Source: Styela clava (lineage: Eukaryota). Taken from it: 64,000 bases of DNA. Under the pieces are notes generated by a model, which worked only from the letters and a program-made list of their open reading frames with translations, did no database searches and had not been told where the DNA came from. Both the position numbers and the translations under genes were made by a program. Positions within the stretch are counted from its first letter, which is position 1. Every line of letters begins with the position of its first letter. The stretch spans positions 15,500,001-15,564,000 of the forward strand of contig NC_135251.1 in assembly GCF_964204865.1 (NCBI RefSeq), read 5' to 3'. Shown piece after piece: positions 38,270 to 49,513 of this stretch.

Positions 38270-39997
38270 ATGAATATTGGTGAGCTGCTCGATTATAAGC
38301 CGAACTTGGGTAAAAGAGATATTGATGGCAATGATAACCCTTCAGAAAAGCCAAAGAAAAAGGCTGCTAGACTTCAGCTGGGTAATGATATGTCTGTCAC
38401 ATCAGGTATAAAAAGAGGTTTCAATACAGTCCAGACAACACAATCTATATCAAATATTGAAGAAGAAGAACGACAGATGAAACTTTTGGAAATGGTGGAA
38501 GGTCAAATTCAAATTTCTGCAGATGCGATAGAAACTTTGGATGATCAGAGTATCAAAAAGATGATTCTTTCATTCGAAAAACGTGTTCTAAAAAACCAAG
38601 AAATGCGAATTAAATTTTCCGATAATCCCGAAAAATTCATGGAATCGGAACTGGACTTGAACGATATAGTTTCTGAAATGAAAGTACTTGCTACGATGCC
38701 TGAACATTATCATTACTTAGTAGAATTACGTGCTGTTAACTCATTTCTTGCTCTGGTAAATCATGCGAATGCAGACATTTCGATTGCAGTCATTGATTTA
38801 TTACAAGAACTAACAGATATTGATACATTAACTGAAAATGAAGAAGGTGCAGAGGTCCTAATTGATGCTCTGATGGATGGGCAAGTATCATCTCTTCTTG
38901 TACAAAATATGGATAGATTAGATGAAACAGTAAAGGAAGAAGCTGAAGCTGTTCACCACACCTTGGGAGTAATTGAAAATATGATCGAACTAAAGCCAGA
39001 ATTATGTCCAGTTCTTGCACAGCAAGATTTGTTACAATGGCTCCTCAAAAGGTTAAAATTGAAAAAGGAATTTGATGCCAATAAACTATATTGTGCTGAA
39101 ATCTTGTCAATATTACTTCAAAGACATGATGAGACAAGGAAACTACTTGGAGAACATGATGGTATTGACATTTTATTACAACTTCTAGCTGTTTATAAAC
39201 GAAATGATCCAATATCATCAGAAGAAACTGAACTCATGGAGAACCTTTTTAACTGCCTTTGCTCTTCATTATTGTATGAAGGAAATCGATCACTATTCTT
39301 GAAAGGTGAGGGACTACAACTCATGAATTTAATGTTAAGGGAGAAAAAGATGTCAAGAAACAGTGCGTTGAAAGTTCTTGATCATGCTATGACTGGATAT
39401 CATGGTGCAGACAACTGTGCCAAATTTGTTGAAATTCTCGGTTTACGAACTCTTTTCCCACTGTTTATGAGGCCTCCGAAAAAGCAGAAGAAAGGCGGAG
39501 TCAGAGTAAAAGTACACGAAGAACATGTTGTATCTATAATTTCCTCCATGTTACGAAATTTACAAGGACCACAACGGCAGAGATTGATTAGTAAATTCAC
39601 TGAATCGGATTTAGCAAAAGTGGATCGTTTAATGGAGATACACTTCAAGTACTATTCCCGTGTACAAGCTGCAGAAAACAAGTTGGAAAAGGAGAAAGCA
39701 ATGTTACAAGCAGAGGGAAAAGATTGGGACGAGGAAATGGAAGATGAACATTATATGAGTAGATTAGATGCCGGGCTTTTCATTTTACAACAAGTAGATT
39801 ATATTATTGTTGAAGTGGCATCTTCTGGTCTGTCAGCAATTAAACAACGCATTCAGCAGATATTAAATCTACGTGGCGGCTCTGTTAAAAGCATCAGAAC
39901 AATCTTGCGAGAATATGCAGGAAGTATAGGGGAGGGAGAAGATGAATCTGCGAAAACAGAACAGCAGAGAATTATGGGTCTTGCTGACAAGTTCTGA
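38270..39997 (+). CDS. CTNNBL1: Beta-catenin-like protein 1 (Prp19/CDC5L complex), single-exon CDS, 575 aa
   Basis: 'MNIGELLDYKP', 'FEKRVLKNQEMRIKFSDNPEKFMESELDL', 'GEGLQLMNLMLREKKMSR', 'RLDAGLFILQ'. Confidence 0.97.
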   Translation: MNIGELLDYKPNLGKRDIDGNDNPSEKPKKKAARLQLGNDMSVTSGIKRGFNTVQTTQSISNIEEEERQMKLLEMVEGQIQISADAIETLDDQSIKKMILSFEKRVLKNQEMRIKFSDNPEKFMESELDLNDIVSEMKVLATMPEHYHYLVELRAVNSFLALVNHANADISIAVIDLLQELTDIDTLTENEEGAEVLIDALMDGQVSSLLVQNMDRLDETVKEEAEAVHHTLGVIENMIELKPELCPVLAQQDLLQWLLKRLKLKKEFDANKLYCAEILSILLQRHDETRKLLGEHDGIDILLQLLAVYKRNDPISSEETELMENLFNCLCSSLLYEGNRSLFLKGEGLQLMNLMLREKKMSRNSALKVLDHAMTGYHGADNCAKFVEILGLRTLFPLFMRPPKKQKKGGVRVKVHEEHVVSIISSMLRNLQGPQRQRLISKFTESDLAKVDRLMEIHFKYYSRVQAAENKLEKEKAMLQAEGKDWDEEMEDEHYMSRLDAGLFILQQVDYIIVEVASSGLSAIKQRIQQILNLRGGSVKSIRTILREYAGSIGEGEDESAKTEQQRIMGLADKF

Positions 39998-40501
39998 TGA
40001 ATTCTAGAAATTTGCTCTGAAAGTTTTTAACAAAGAATAGCTCTCAAAACTAGAAAAAATGCTCATTGTCAACATTTTACTGGATGGCAGAAGGGAACAA
40101 GGCGAGGAAGGTGTGTGAATCTTCACAAAATTGTCAAAATGTTGGCAATACCTACCAAGAATAAAATTAATTCCATGCGCTGAGTAGTACTTTGCCAAGT
40201 GCCGTCTATGGATAGCAAAATATGTTGTACGTGATTTATTCAAATGGTCTTTGAGTAATCGTTTATTTTTTATTATACAATGAATTCTCATTTCTGATTA
40301 GTTCCAAGTATGACTGGGGAATTCGCAGCTTAACGTTTTGTAAATTATAGTAGAATAATCCTCTTGTTATTCTGGACTACAACGTTTTTGCAATGTAACG
40401 CATATAAATTCTCATTGCCAAAGCTATGGTTGTAAACACGATAGCAAACCATCCACCTTAATTTTATTCTGTCTGAAGGGGGATTTGGTTAGCGACAGGC
40501 T

Positions 40502-40738
40502 CAGTGGCGTATCTAGGGTGTGGCAGCCATGGGCGCAAAAACGTCGAAAAGTATTAATAATAAAACGTTTCAATGAAATAATTTCAAATTAGGAATAACT
40601 GAAACTTGTATTTTTACTCAAATATTAACGTAGAAGTATCCTAATCCATTAATAATCATTACAAATTGTCATACAACTATCAAGGGGGCGCAATTTTAGA
40701 CTTTGCCATGGGCGCCATTTTAAGTAGATACGCCACTG
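40502..40738. mobile_element. MITE between the convergent CTNNBL1 and VIRMA 3' ends
   Basis: TIRs CAGTGGCGTATCTA / TAGATACGCCACTG; TSD GACAGGCT vs GACAGACT (7/8). Confidence 0.85.
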
Positions 40739-41140
40739 GACAGACTACATGTGAACTCACTTGCTGGGATATATTTTATCGCACATCTTGAAATGTACAT
40801 ATGCTTAAATTAAAACAGTGAGTGGATTACGATTACAGTCACAAAATATCATGCGTCCACTTTACAACCTGTATGACAAAAAGAGAACAAGCGCTAACTA
40901 ATTGTTATTTTACCAGAATCATTAGACTGACAGATTTTAAACCGACAACCAACAAAACACTAGAGACAGTTTATACATTTTAATTAAAAAAAAGTTACCA
41001 AACAAATTTTTTCTTAGATGAAACAACACAAAACATACCATCATGATTGAGCAAATTGCATGAAAACTCAGAAATCATAATTATAGAAAGGGAGTGGGTA
41101 TATATTGCCAAGTTATCATATTTCGCCCATCTGTTTAATT

Positions 41141-44100
41141 TTAACGTGTAAATGACCTCAAATGCTTGCCTCTTGGTTTACCATAACCCCTTCCTCGTCT
41201 TGGAGGCATCCCACCCCATTTGTTAAAATTGAATGGCGGGGGCCCAAGAAGGGGTCGTCCAATCTTCATAAGGGCTTTGGCTCGGCCACCCCGGAAACCA
41301 CCTGGCGATGAAAAGTTTCCACCAAAGTTCCTACCATTAGGAAATGACCAAGACTGTTGTGGCTTCACTTTAAAGTTGTCTCTGGGCGAAAATGAGCGTG
41401 TGGGGTCCCGCCCACGACCCCTGCCTCTTGGAAATCTGTCTGGCATTCTGCTTGTAAGGCTTCTGTTCCTAAACTTGTCGTTGGTGTTGGACAGAGGCTC
41501 AATATTCGTACCTGAGCCGAAATGATGTTGAAAATTGCCTCTGCCAAATCCTCTCATAGATCCACGACCTCTTCCGCGAGGTACATAATCTCTTTTGAAT
41601 GGACGTGCAGTTCTTCTTGATGTTATGAATGTTGGTGGAGGTGGTGAGGGAGGGGGCAATTCAGTTTCTGTACCACCACCCTCTTCGTCTGCAGCTACAA
41701 AATCATCCACATGCATGGATGGTGGACGACTGGTATTTTGTTTTCTCTGTCTGAATAAGTCGTAATTTCTCCCCGAGGACATACCACCTCGTCCACGCCC
41801 TCTACCCCTGGGAGGGGGGCCAGCAAGTCCGTGTGAGCGTTTGATGTATGTCATTGTTTTTCCGTGTCGTGTTGAAAACGTTTCCATTTTCTTCAACCTC
41901 TTTGCTTTCGCTTCCATTCGAATCTTATCAATATCTGTTGTTTTGGCAGACTCTGTAAGTTCTTTTAAACTTTTTTCTAAACTGTATCCTGTGCAGAACT
42001 TCTCAGCCATATCAACAAGATCTGCCGAAATACTGCTTTTCGACTTGATAATTTTTGATATAAATGATTGTTCTGTGTTTCCCTGAAGAACGGACAATCT
42101 GGCAGCAAATATATCATCATCCCCGCCATATGCAAAAATCATTCTCATCTCAAACTGCTCCTGCAATGATAAAGGCTTGATGGCTTTGTCCTTCACATTC
42201 TTTTTCTCTTGAACTTTATGTTTCAGAACGTGTGATGTTCTCAATGTTTGACATAAAACTGTCACCTCATCCAGAGCACAGTTTACGAATTCATCATCAG
42301 ACTCGTCCGCTTCAAGTTTTGTCTTCAATGAAATTAACGGGTGTGTCCCGGTAGCAAATTCTTTGTTCCATCTCAAGATCGAACGTATTTCAGCTTTCGT
42401 AAGATAACTGTGCCTACACTTTTCTGGTCTGCACAGAAGTCTCACAAAAATGCAGAAGTCCAATAGTGTGGCAACTGATTGCATATACTCTCTGGTCCAT
42501 CTTCTCAAGATTGTTTCTAGAACATTATTCAGGGTGGAATGGTGTTTTATTAGAAGAGATCTAATCTCTTTGTACCATTCTTCAGTGGATACCAGTGATT
42601 TCAGAGAATGAAGAGCACAATGGATAGTTTGCAATGATGCTGAATTTAAACAGTCTACAGACAAACTCACAATGTCCTGTAAGTGAGATTGAGGAATCAA
42701 ACTTGGTTGTGTCAATTTTGTAGGAACCAGTGTTATGTTTGGGTCAAGTAGAACCCTTGCAAGTCCCATAGTAGCTTCATTGAGACGTGACGACCTGTCA
42801 TTTATTTGTTGTTTTGCAGTTTTCCACAATGAATTCAAAGAATCTCTCTTATTTTCCTGAATAATACTCAAAATAGTTGCTTTCGATGAACCTTTCATTG
42901 CAATTTCTGACAATATGGATATTTGGTGTGAGTTATAAATGTACTCCTCTTCTTGGACAGGTTTGTCTTCAGCATTTTCTGTCTCTACCACTGGCTTGGA
43001 AGCATGAACGCAAGTATCAAGAACTACATTAATAACCGCTTGTGATAAAGTCGGAGAAAGATCTGAAATTTGTTGAATTAGCGGTATGAGAATTTCAAGC
43101 CATGGCAGACATGTTGAGTGGCATGCTACAGAAACTACATTAGATAGCTCATCCATCACTGATTGAAGGGATTCATCCCATGCAACTCTACATTTTTTTA
43201 CCGACTTGATAGCTTCTCCATCCAGCTCATTGGAAATAACAATTGGTAATGGCAGTGGAAGCAGATGTGAAAGTAGAATCATTCCAGGCACCATAGACTG
43301 ACAATGTTCCTGCATGCTGGAAATGATTTCAGTCAAAATCTTACTTTTCTGGTTCCCATCATCTGAAGTGTTGTTATCAGATGTTTTCAAGAGCAGGGTA
43401 AGTATGGATACAATTAATTCTGTTATAATGTCCAATTTTTCGATACATGACTGGCGTAATACAGTGTACATACCAGCATAGTGGTGAACTAGTAATTTTG
43501 TCAAACGATCTGGTTTGAATTTACCTTCAGGTGTACTGAGCAGCACTTTGAGCAAATGATTGACAAGTAGCAACAAGTTTTCTGATAATACAGTAACCAA
43601 ATTATGGAAACTAGATGATAAGATTGTAGTTAGTGAATGCTGGCTATAACAAGGATAGGTGAAACATTTGTTAAGTTTTTCTATCCCATCTACCAATACT
43701 GAAAGACCTCCTCCAGAAAATATTTGAATGGAGGTGCGGTACATTGACATTGGTATTTTTTCATCCATGGAAGACATCCTGAAAGCAAGGGGATGTTTCA
43801 CATCACTGGTATTACATAATATTCGCAGTGCTGTGCATAATCCAGGACCAGACGTCATTAATGTATTCCACTCCAATTTTTCGAAAGTAGTTTTTAAAAA
43901 TTCCATGCATCCCGCAATAGCATTTTGTGGGCTTTTCAATGTATTAAGAGGGCGTAACCACTCTTGTACCTCTTCTAGAGAATGACTCAATGTTGCAGCC
44001 TTAATAGTGCTCAAAATGACTTCATGATGTAATAAAAGATGGGACACATTCTGTGACATTTTCAAAGTTATAAGCAAAATGTTCATTGCGTATCCATTTG

Positions 44101-47100
44101 CTGCCATTTTCCGCTGAGGCTTTTTCCTTGGTTTTTCGAGATTCTCTTCTCTTTTTTTGTCTTCTCCCACATCCTTAGAATCCTCCTCATCTTTGGCAGG
44201 TGTTTCTTCTTTGTTGACTTTTTGTATACATGCTAATAATGTAAGTATATGATCATCCATACTTAAGATTTTTGCCACCCAATATTTTCCAAAAGTCTCG
44301 TAAGTTAGTGAATAAAGCATTTTTAGAATTTCAGCAGCTTCCTCTGCTATTGTTTCATCAAATTCTATTTCAGGAAATGTCCCAAGTTGATCCACACATT
44401 GTATACACTGAAGATGAATTGCTAATTTTGCACCAAGATGAGATGCAGTGCCCACAGATTCTATCTCAGTAGTGGACAAGTTTGGTGTAGAACATAATAA
44501 ATGTCTAGCAATGCAATAAACACAATTAAAATTTGATGCCAAAAAAAGCAATCCATCCTGTCGCATCATTAAAATATCCAGAAACGTATAAGTCGCTTCG
44601 TAAACATCTTGTATGCTTGAAATTACAGGAGTACAAAGCAAAGCCTGGACAGCAGGGAGAATCTGGTAATATTCCATCATGCGAAACATACTGTTCAATG
44701 CAGGACCATCTGCAATTTCCTCTAAATTTGATTCTGTAGGAAAAACCCGTTTTGGAAGTTGAGCAATAGTTGATTTGATGTTCTGTATAGTGTGAGTTAT
44801 CAGTCTCAATGATTCCAATATGTTTTCAACATCGTTCACTTTTATGTTAGCTTCATCAGTACAAATGGCAGCTTCTAGAGGAACAGTTGTATCTTCTGGA
44901 GGGGTGTGTGGTACATGTATTTGCTGAGCATCACCATCAGAAAGTTTTTCAGTAAACTCTTGGTTTTCATAATTACGAAGATTTTTGTTCGTACTTTTTT
45001 CTTTATTAATTAGTCGAAAGTGATCAGTATCATCTTCTTCATCATTTGAAGTAGATGACATAACAACCATTTCTTCCTCCTCCATGACAACCTCCTCAAC
45101 AACATCGCTTTCCATATCCTCAGTCATGTACTCATCTTCGAAAAAATATTCATCTTCAGCATTAGGTATTTTTTCGGTTATCAGATCATGTACAACCGTT
45201 TTAAGTCGCCACATAGAATGAAACAATGTTATTTTGTTTATAAGTCTAGATAATGCTTCAGCTACTCTCGCAGCCTGTGGCATTAGCATGACCTCAACAA
45301 GTGCTGAGTATTGTTCAGAAGAAACTATTCCTTCTTCATTAATGTATGCACCAATTGATAATGGCCATGACAAATAAGCATCTAAAGCATGGACAATCAT
45401 TATTTTTAAAGAAGACGCCATATATTTCATACAAAGCAAAGATATGAGCTTTGAATCCAGTTTTGATGATGTAAAATATGATACAATGTCTTGTGTAGTA
45501 GAACAGAGTTTGTGAGCTAAATTGATCCCACATTTCAGCATCCTAAGGTTAGTTCCGATAGATTGTGTAGACGCTGCAGCACTATCTAATCCAGTGAGTA
45601 CCCACATAACAAGCAACGATATATATTGGTCATACTTCTCCCGATGGTTAACTCCGATCAATGGAAGAGCTGTCGAGATAAGAGGAATGAATTCCTCTAT
45701 TACTGCAACCCATTCCTTCCCTTGTTCTGCATTTAATATCAGAACTGGCAAACCAGAGTCCGTAGTTTGTATTTTACCAATTTTTCTCGCTTTAGTGAAT
45801 AGAGATTCAAATCTAGCAACATCAGCTTCATCCCCATTTTGGTGAGGCTGTTCCTGCTCCTGCTGTAAAAGCAGATTGTTGCATTCAATCTCAAATTCGC
45901 TCATTTCTGGGTGATTAAAATGCATCAGCTGAACGGGTTCCATCATAAAAGGATTAAAAGCCATTGTACTGGTGGAACTGAGAACTTCAACATCTATTAA
46001 ATCCTCCATATCTTGTAAAGCCGCAGCACGTTCCTCTTCAATCTCTTCTTCACTGATTTCTTCATATTCTCCACCCATCCACTGGCTACGTTCTTTTGCA
46101 TGGTCTTCCCCTTTACTATCGACACCATGTCCTATATCTTTAGTCTCACTGTTATCTTCAGACAGGCGTTGCTCTCTTTTGTTTTCACCGTGATCAGTTT
46201 GTAAATTCCGTTCATTTCCACTTCTTTGCTTATGAATACCTACATCGATGTTGTCAACTATTTCATGTCGCATGTGCTGTCTCTGATGGAATGCTTTATT
46301 TTTATCTTTATACGAAAAATGATCACCATCATTTCTAAATGAGTTATCCTGCTCCGTGCCTGAAAGCAATGTTTTTCGACCCCCCATTACCCTGTTATAA
46401 TCCATTCTCTCACCCATATAGTTTTTGTGGCCGAACCCCTTATTCCGCTGTTGACGTCTATCATAGTATGGCGGAGGAATAGCATCTAGGTCCATGTCAT
46501 CCTCCTGGAATCCGAAATCATCTAAAACTCCCCTAGGATTGTCGTCAATTCCTCGTCGCATAAACTCTGCTTCTCCTGTTGCAGGAAAAGATGCCATAAG
46601 CGGTTCTGGTTTGTCTAGTTCTTTTGGCAATTGTGGTACATCTTGCACACCTCGAATATACACTGACCTTCCTTCAGGTTTCTCATGAATAATAAGTGAA
46701 GGAGTTTTCATATTTAAATCTAGAAGAGGTGGAGTGGTGCCAACATCACTAAGAATTCCTCCGTATACAGCAATTGTGATTTGACTGAACCAACCATTTA
46801 AAAGAAGTTTTTCACTGTACAATGCAGATGGGGGGTGAAATCTGTTAGGAGAACCCTCAGCATATTCCATGGAACCTACATGTTCATAAGTGGTCATGGA
46901 AGCGCTGCGATCATCCGAAAAAAATTCAATACGAAATTTACTTGGTGAAGTTTTCCCTGTAAACTGATCTTCATGAAGTTGACTGTGGGTTTTTACACCA
47001 GGTGGAACAATTCTAATTTCATCTACAGCAACCATGCAAGGAAATTTGATGACAGCCCAATTTCCATTCGCCCCTTGAGAGTCAAAATTGTAGGTATTGC

Positions 47101-47116
47101 AGAAAATAAGCTGCAT
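41141..47116 (-). CDS. VIRMA: Protein virilizer homolog (m6A methyltransferase complex scaffold), single-exon CDS, 1991 aa
   Basis: VIR_N-like 'VIKFPCMVAVDEIRIVPPG..LNGWFSQITIAVYG'; conserved C-terminal 'DLFRQRKQNTSRPPSMHVDDF'; RGG-rich tail ending 'HLRSFTR'. Confidence 0.92.
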   Translation of the reverse strand: MQLIFCNTYNFDSQGANGNWAVIKFPCMVAVDEIRIVPPGVKTHSQLHEDQFTGKTSPSKFRIEFFSDDRSASMTTYEHVGSMEYAEGSPNRFHPPSALYSEKLLLNGWFSQITIAVYGGILSDVGTTPPLLDLNMKTPSLIIHEKPEGRSVYIRGVQDVPQLPKELDKPEPLMASFPATGEAEFMRRGIDDNPRGVLDDFGFQEDDMDLDAIPPPYYDRRQQRNKGFGHKNYMGERMDYNRVMGGRKTLLSGTEQDNSFRNDGDHFSYKDKNKAFHQRQHMRHEIVDNIDVGIHKQRSGNERNLQTDHGENKREQRLSEDNSETKDIGHGVDSKGEDHAKERSQWMGGEYEEISEEEIEEERAAALQDMEDLIDVEVLSSTSTMAFNPFMMEPVQLMHFNHPEMSEFEIECNNLLLQQEQEQPHQNGDEADVARFESLFTKARKIGKIQTTDSGLPVLILNAEQGKEWVAVIEEFIPLISTALPLIGVNHREKYDQYISLLVMWVLTGLDSAAASTQSIGTNLRMLKCGINLAHKLCSTTQDIVSYFTSSKLDSKLISLLCMKYMASSLKIMIVHALDAYLSWPLSIGAYINEEGIVSSEQYSALVEVMLMPQAARVAEALSRLINKITLFHSMWRLKTVVHDLITEKIPNAEDEYFFEDEYMTEDMESDVVEEVVMEEEEMVVMSSTSNDEEDDTDHFRLINKEKSTNKNLRNYENQEFTEKLSDGDAQQIHVPHTPPEDTTVPLEAAICTDEANIKVNDVENILESLRLITHTIQNIKSTIAQLPKRVFPTESNLEEIADGPALNSMFRMMEYYQILPAVQALLCTPVISSIQDVYEATYTFLDILMMRQDGLLFLASNFNCVYCIARHLLCSTPNLSTTEIESVGTASHLGAKLAIHLQCIQCVDQLGTFPEIEFDETIAEEAAEILKMLYSLTYETFGKYWVAKILSMDDHILTLLACIQKVNKEETPAKDEEDSKDVGEDKKREENLEKPRKKPQRKMAANGYAMNILLITLKMSQNVSHLLLHHEVILSTIKAATLSHSLEEVQEWLRPLNTLKSPQNAIAGCMEFLKTTFEKLEWNTLMTSGPGLCTALRILCNTSDVKHPLAFRMSSMDEKIPMSMYRTSIQIFSGGGLSVLVDGIEKLNKCFTYPCYSQHSLTTILSSSFHNLVTVLSENLLLLVNHLLKVLLSTPEGKFKPDRLTKLLVHHYAGMYTVLRQSCIEKLDIITELIVSILTLLLKTSDNNTSDDGNQKSKILTEIISSMQEHCQSMVPGMILLSHLLPLPLPIVISNELDGEAIKSVKKCRVAWDESLQSVMDELSNVVSVACHSTCLPWLEILIPLIQQISDLSPTLSQAVINVVLDTCVHASKPVVETENAEDKPVQEEEYIYNSHQISILSEIAMKGSSKATILSIIQENKRDSLNSLWKTAKQQINDRSSRLNEATMGLARVLLDPNITLVPTKLTQPSLIPQSHLQDIVSLSVDCLNSASLQTIHCALHSLKSLVSTEEWYKEIRSLLIKHHSTLNNVLETILRRWTREYMQSVATLLDFCIFVRLLCRPEKCRHSYLTKAEIRSILRWNKEFATGTHPLISLKTKLEADESDDEFVNCALDEVTVLCQTLRTSHVLKHKVQEKKNVKDKAIKPLSLQEQFEMRMIFAYGGDDDIFAARLSVLQGNTEQSFISKIIKSKSSISADLVDMAEKFCTGYSLEKSLKELTESAKTTDIDKIRMEAKAKRLKKMETFSTRHGKTMTYIKRSHGLAGPPPRGRGRGRGGMSSGRNYDLFRQRKQNTSRPPSMHVDDFVAADEEGGGTETELPPPSPPPPTFITSRRTARPFKRDYVPRGRGRGSMRGFGRGNFQHHFGSGTNIEPLSNTNDKFRNRSLTSRMPDRFPRGRGRGRDPTRSFSPRDNFKVKPQQSWSFPNGRNFGGNFSSPGGFRGGRAKALMKIGRPLLGPPPFNFNKWGGMPPRRGRGYGKPRGKHLRSFTR

Positions 47117-47417
47117 TTCGAACTAGCTAACTTTAGTTTACATAGCAAAAACTATTATTAATAGAAAAACATTTATTGTCAAGGAGCAAGAGTACCCAGA
47201 GATATGAATAAATTGATCATACACAATGCTGCAATGAGAAAGCCTATTAAAATGACTGAGACAATAAATATACAAATTTTCATGGAATGCTGAGCATGCT
47301 TTATGTCACATACGAAATAAAATAAAATGAATTTTGTGAAATCTTGCAGGAATAAGATCAAATACTAAATGGCAGGTACCATAGTGCTTCTATGGTCACA
47401 AAATTATTTCACTAATA

Positions 47418-48388
47418 TAGGGATGGGCAATATAAAATACCGAAAATATTACATATTTTTCGGTCGGTTTCTATCGTTCAAGATAGATGCACGTTTGATC
47501 GAGTGTCTGTAGTATTTTAGTCGCAAATAAATTTTGAAAAAAGTTGCCACATCTGGCGAAGATAGTGAATTTGAGTAGGGCTAAGTCTGGGTAGATAATG
47601 ATTAATGATAACATTTCTATCGTTCAAGATAGACGCATGTTTGATCGAGTGTCTGTAGTATTTTATTCGCCGATGAATTTAAAAAAAAGTTGCCTCATCT
47701 GGCGAAGATAGTGACGTATTGAATTTCAGTAGGGCCAAGTCTGGATAGATATTGATATGTAACGATAATCATAGAAAATGAATTCTTCTTTAGATGTTAT
47801 TACCTAATAACTAAGTACGAAATCGCGTTTACGGGAACTTGGTTTTACGTGTCTTGCTCGCACAGAATAAAAAGTTGATTTTAATTGATAGTGGTTAAAT
47901 TTAATATTTTACAACGGCGCATAGGTTGCAGCGGCCACACGCTGATTCTGCATCTAATTAATTCATCCCGTATGTTTTAGTACACTCGACAGACTTACAT
48001 TAATAATGATTTAATGCCGTTTCATGTCTATTTTTGTATTCACCCGCTTACTATTAAAGCGTGTCTTAATTTAACATATCAGTATTTATTAGTATTTAGG
48101 GATTACATACATTTGGAACAATTGAAGGCAAAAAATATTGTGATATTCCTAAATTTTATTGTCCTGGGAACTGCCTGTTTAGTATCAAATGAAATCCAAT
48201 GTTCAGGACATTTCCAAATAAATAATACATTTATAGTAAGTAATACATTTGCAATTTTTTAACATCTAAATCCAGCAATGTGGAAATTCCCACTATTTGA
48301 ATAAGTATGAAAATAGAATAGGATTCGGTATTCTGGAATCGATTTAACTATTCTAGAATTGTAAATTATTTTACATTGCCCATCCCTA
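47418..48388. mobile_element. TAGGG-ended hAT-type non-autonomous element with an internal ~145-bp tandem duplication (about 47468-47755)
   Basis: TIRs TAGGGATGGGCAAT / ATTGCCCATCCCTA; perfect TSD CACTAATA. Confidence 0.88.
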
Positions 48389-48854
48389 CACTAATACAAA
48401 ACAACCATATTTACATAAAAAAAATGTTGACCAAAATTCACCTTAAAATTTCACTACATAATAGGAAAGCAGAGCCAACATCAGTGAGATAAAATTGTGG
48501 CGTGGGGTAGCTTTACTGATTCATGGGCTATAGCCTATAGCCGCTTGCACAAGTTTAAATTTTTTAAATATTAAATATTTTCTTATAAACATTTGAACAT
48601 AGCTACAATTGCCAGATACAGCAAATTGCATTGTTATTTGCACAGCATTATTAATGATAGATTAAATAACTAATTGTAATGTCAAAACGAAAAATAGATG
48701 CTGACAAGTTTACACACCGTGATACTGCCAAGTGCCCACATATACAATTATTATTAAACAGTTCATACTGAATACAAAACTAACGACAAAATTTGCAAGA
48801 AAATGAAATCAATAACTTGTATATTTTTTTTTAAAAACAAGTGATCCAACTTTG

Positions 48855-49513
48855 CAAGTGCAGTTTTAAGTATTTTGTGGCGTCTGCAGCTGCCGCAAAA
48901 CCATGGCGGTATTTCCATACCATGGCCGCTACGGCCAAACCTATGGCAACTGACTTTTTAGCTGCCACAAACCAATGACAAGCTGCCGTTACCGCGGCAG
49001 AAAATTGAAAATCAATGGCAGGTAAAATTTGGCTGCCGTAACCACGGCAGGTGGGCCGTAGTGACAGGCCTGTCCCTTATGGTGACAAATGTTGAGTAAA
49101 TTGGAACGTTTTTCTTGTGAATACAGTTTTGATGGAGTTAGGGTTAGGGTTTAAGTAGATATAATTTCGGTTCCATTACATTTGAATCCACGTACATTTG
49201 AACTCATGACAATTGCACCTGCATACTATTGCACCTATGGAATATTTTTTTGTTTTACGGATATTTGAACCCATACTAACCCCAACCCATGGGTTTTAGC
49301 ACCCGCATATAGATTGAACCCGCGGATATACACATGGGTTCAAATGTACGGTCACCATAATTCCGCATGATCAATTAAAATCTGGTACATTAATTTGTGA
49401 ATATACCGTCAATACTTATTACAGAATACTAAAAAGCTCTATAAAACCATGGCAAGAGCTGCCGCGGTTTGTTCGTGGCAGGAGCTGCCATGAAGTGGTA
49501 TGAACTGAGCCTC
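48855..49513. mobile_element. Unclassified 8-bp-TSD element with TTAGGG core, copy 1 (carries a nested insert)
   Basis: Ends CAAGTGCAGTT / AACTGAGCCTC; TSD CAACTTTG; many gctgcc/ggcag motifs; gagttagggttagggtt; closely similar to 50248-50709. Confidence 0.85.
49169..49356. mobile_element. GG..CC-ended MITE nested in copy 1
   Basis: Absent from copy 2; TIRs GGTTCCATTACATTTGAA / TTCAAATGTACGGTCACC; TSD ATAATTTC vs ATAATTCC; internal ctaaccccaaccc. Confidence 0.82.

Noticed and set aside
41220-46688. + strand ORFs overlapping VIRMA
   Set aside because: Antisense shadows of a long CDS
47468-47755. CRISPR-like or other repeat-spacer array
   Set aside because: Simple two-copy tandem duplication without unique spacers, in eukaryotic DNA
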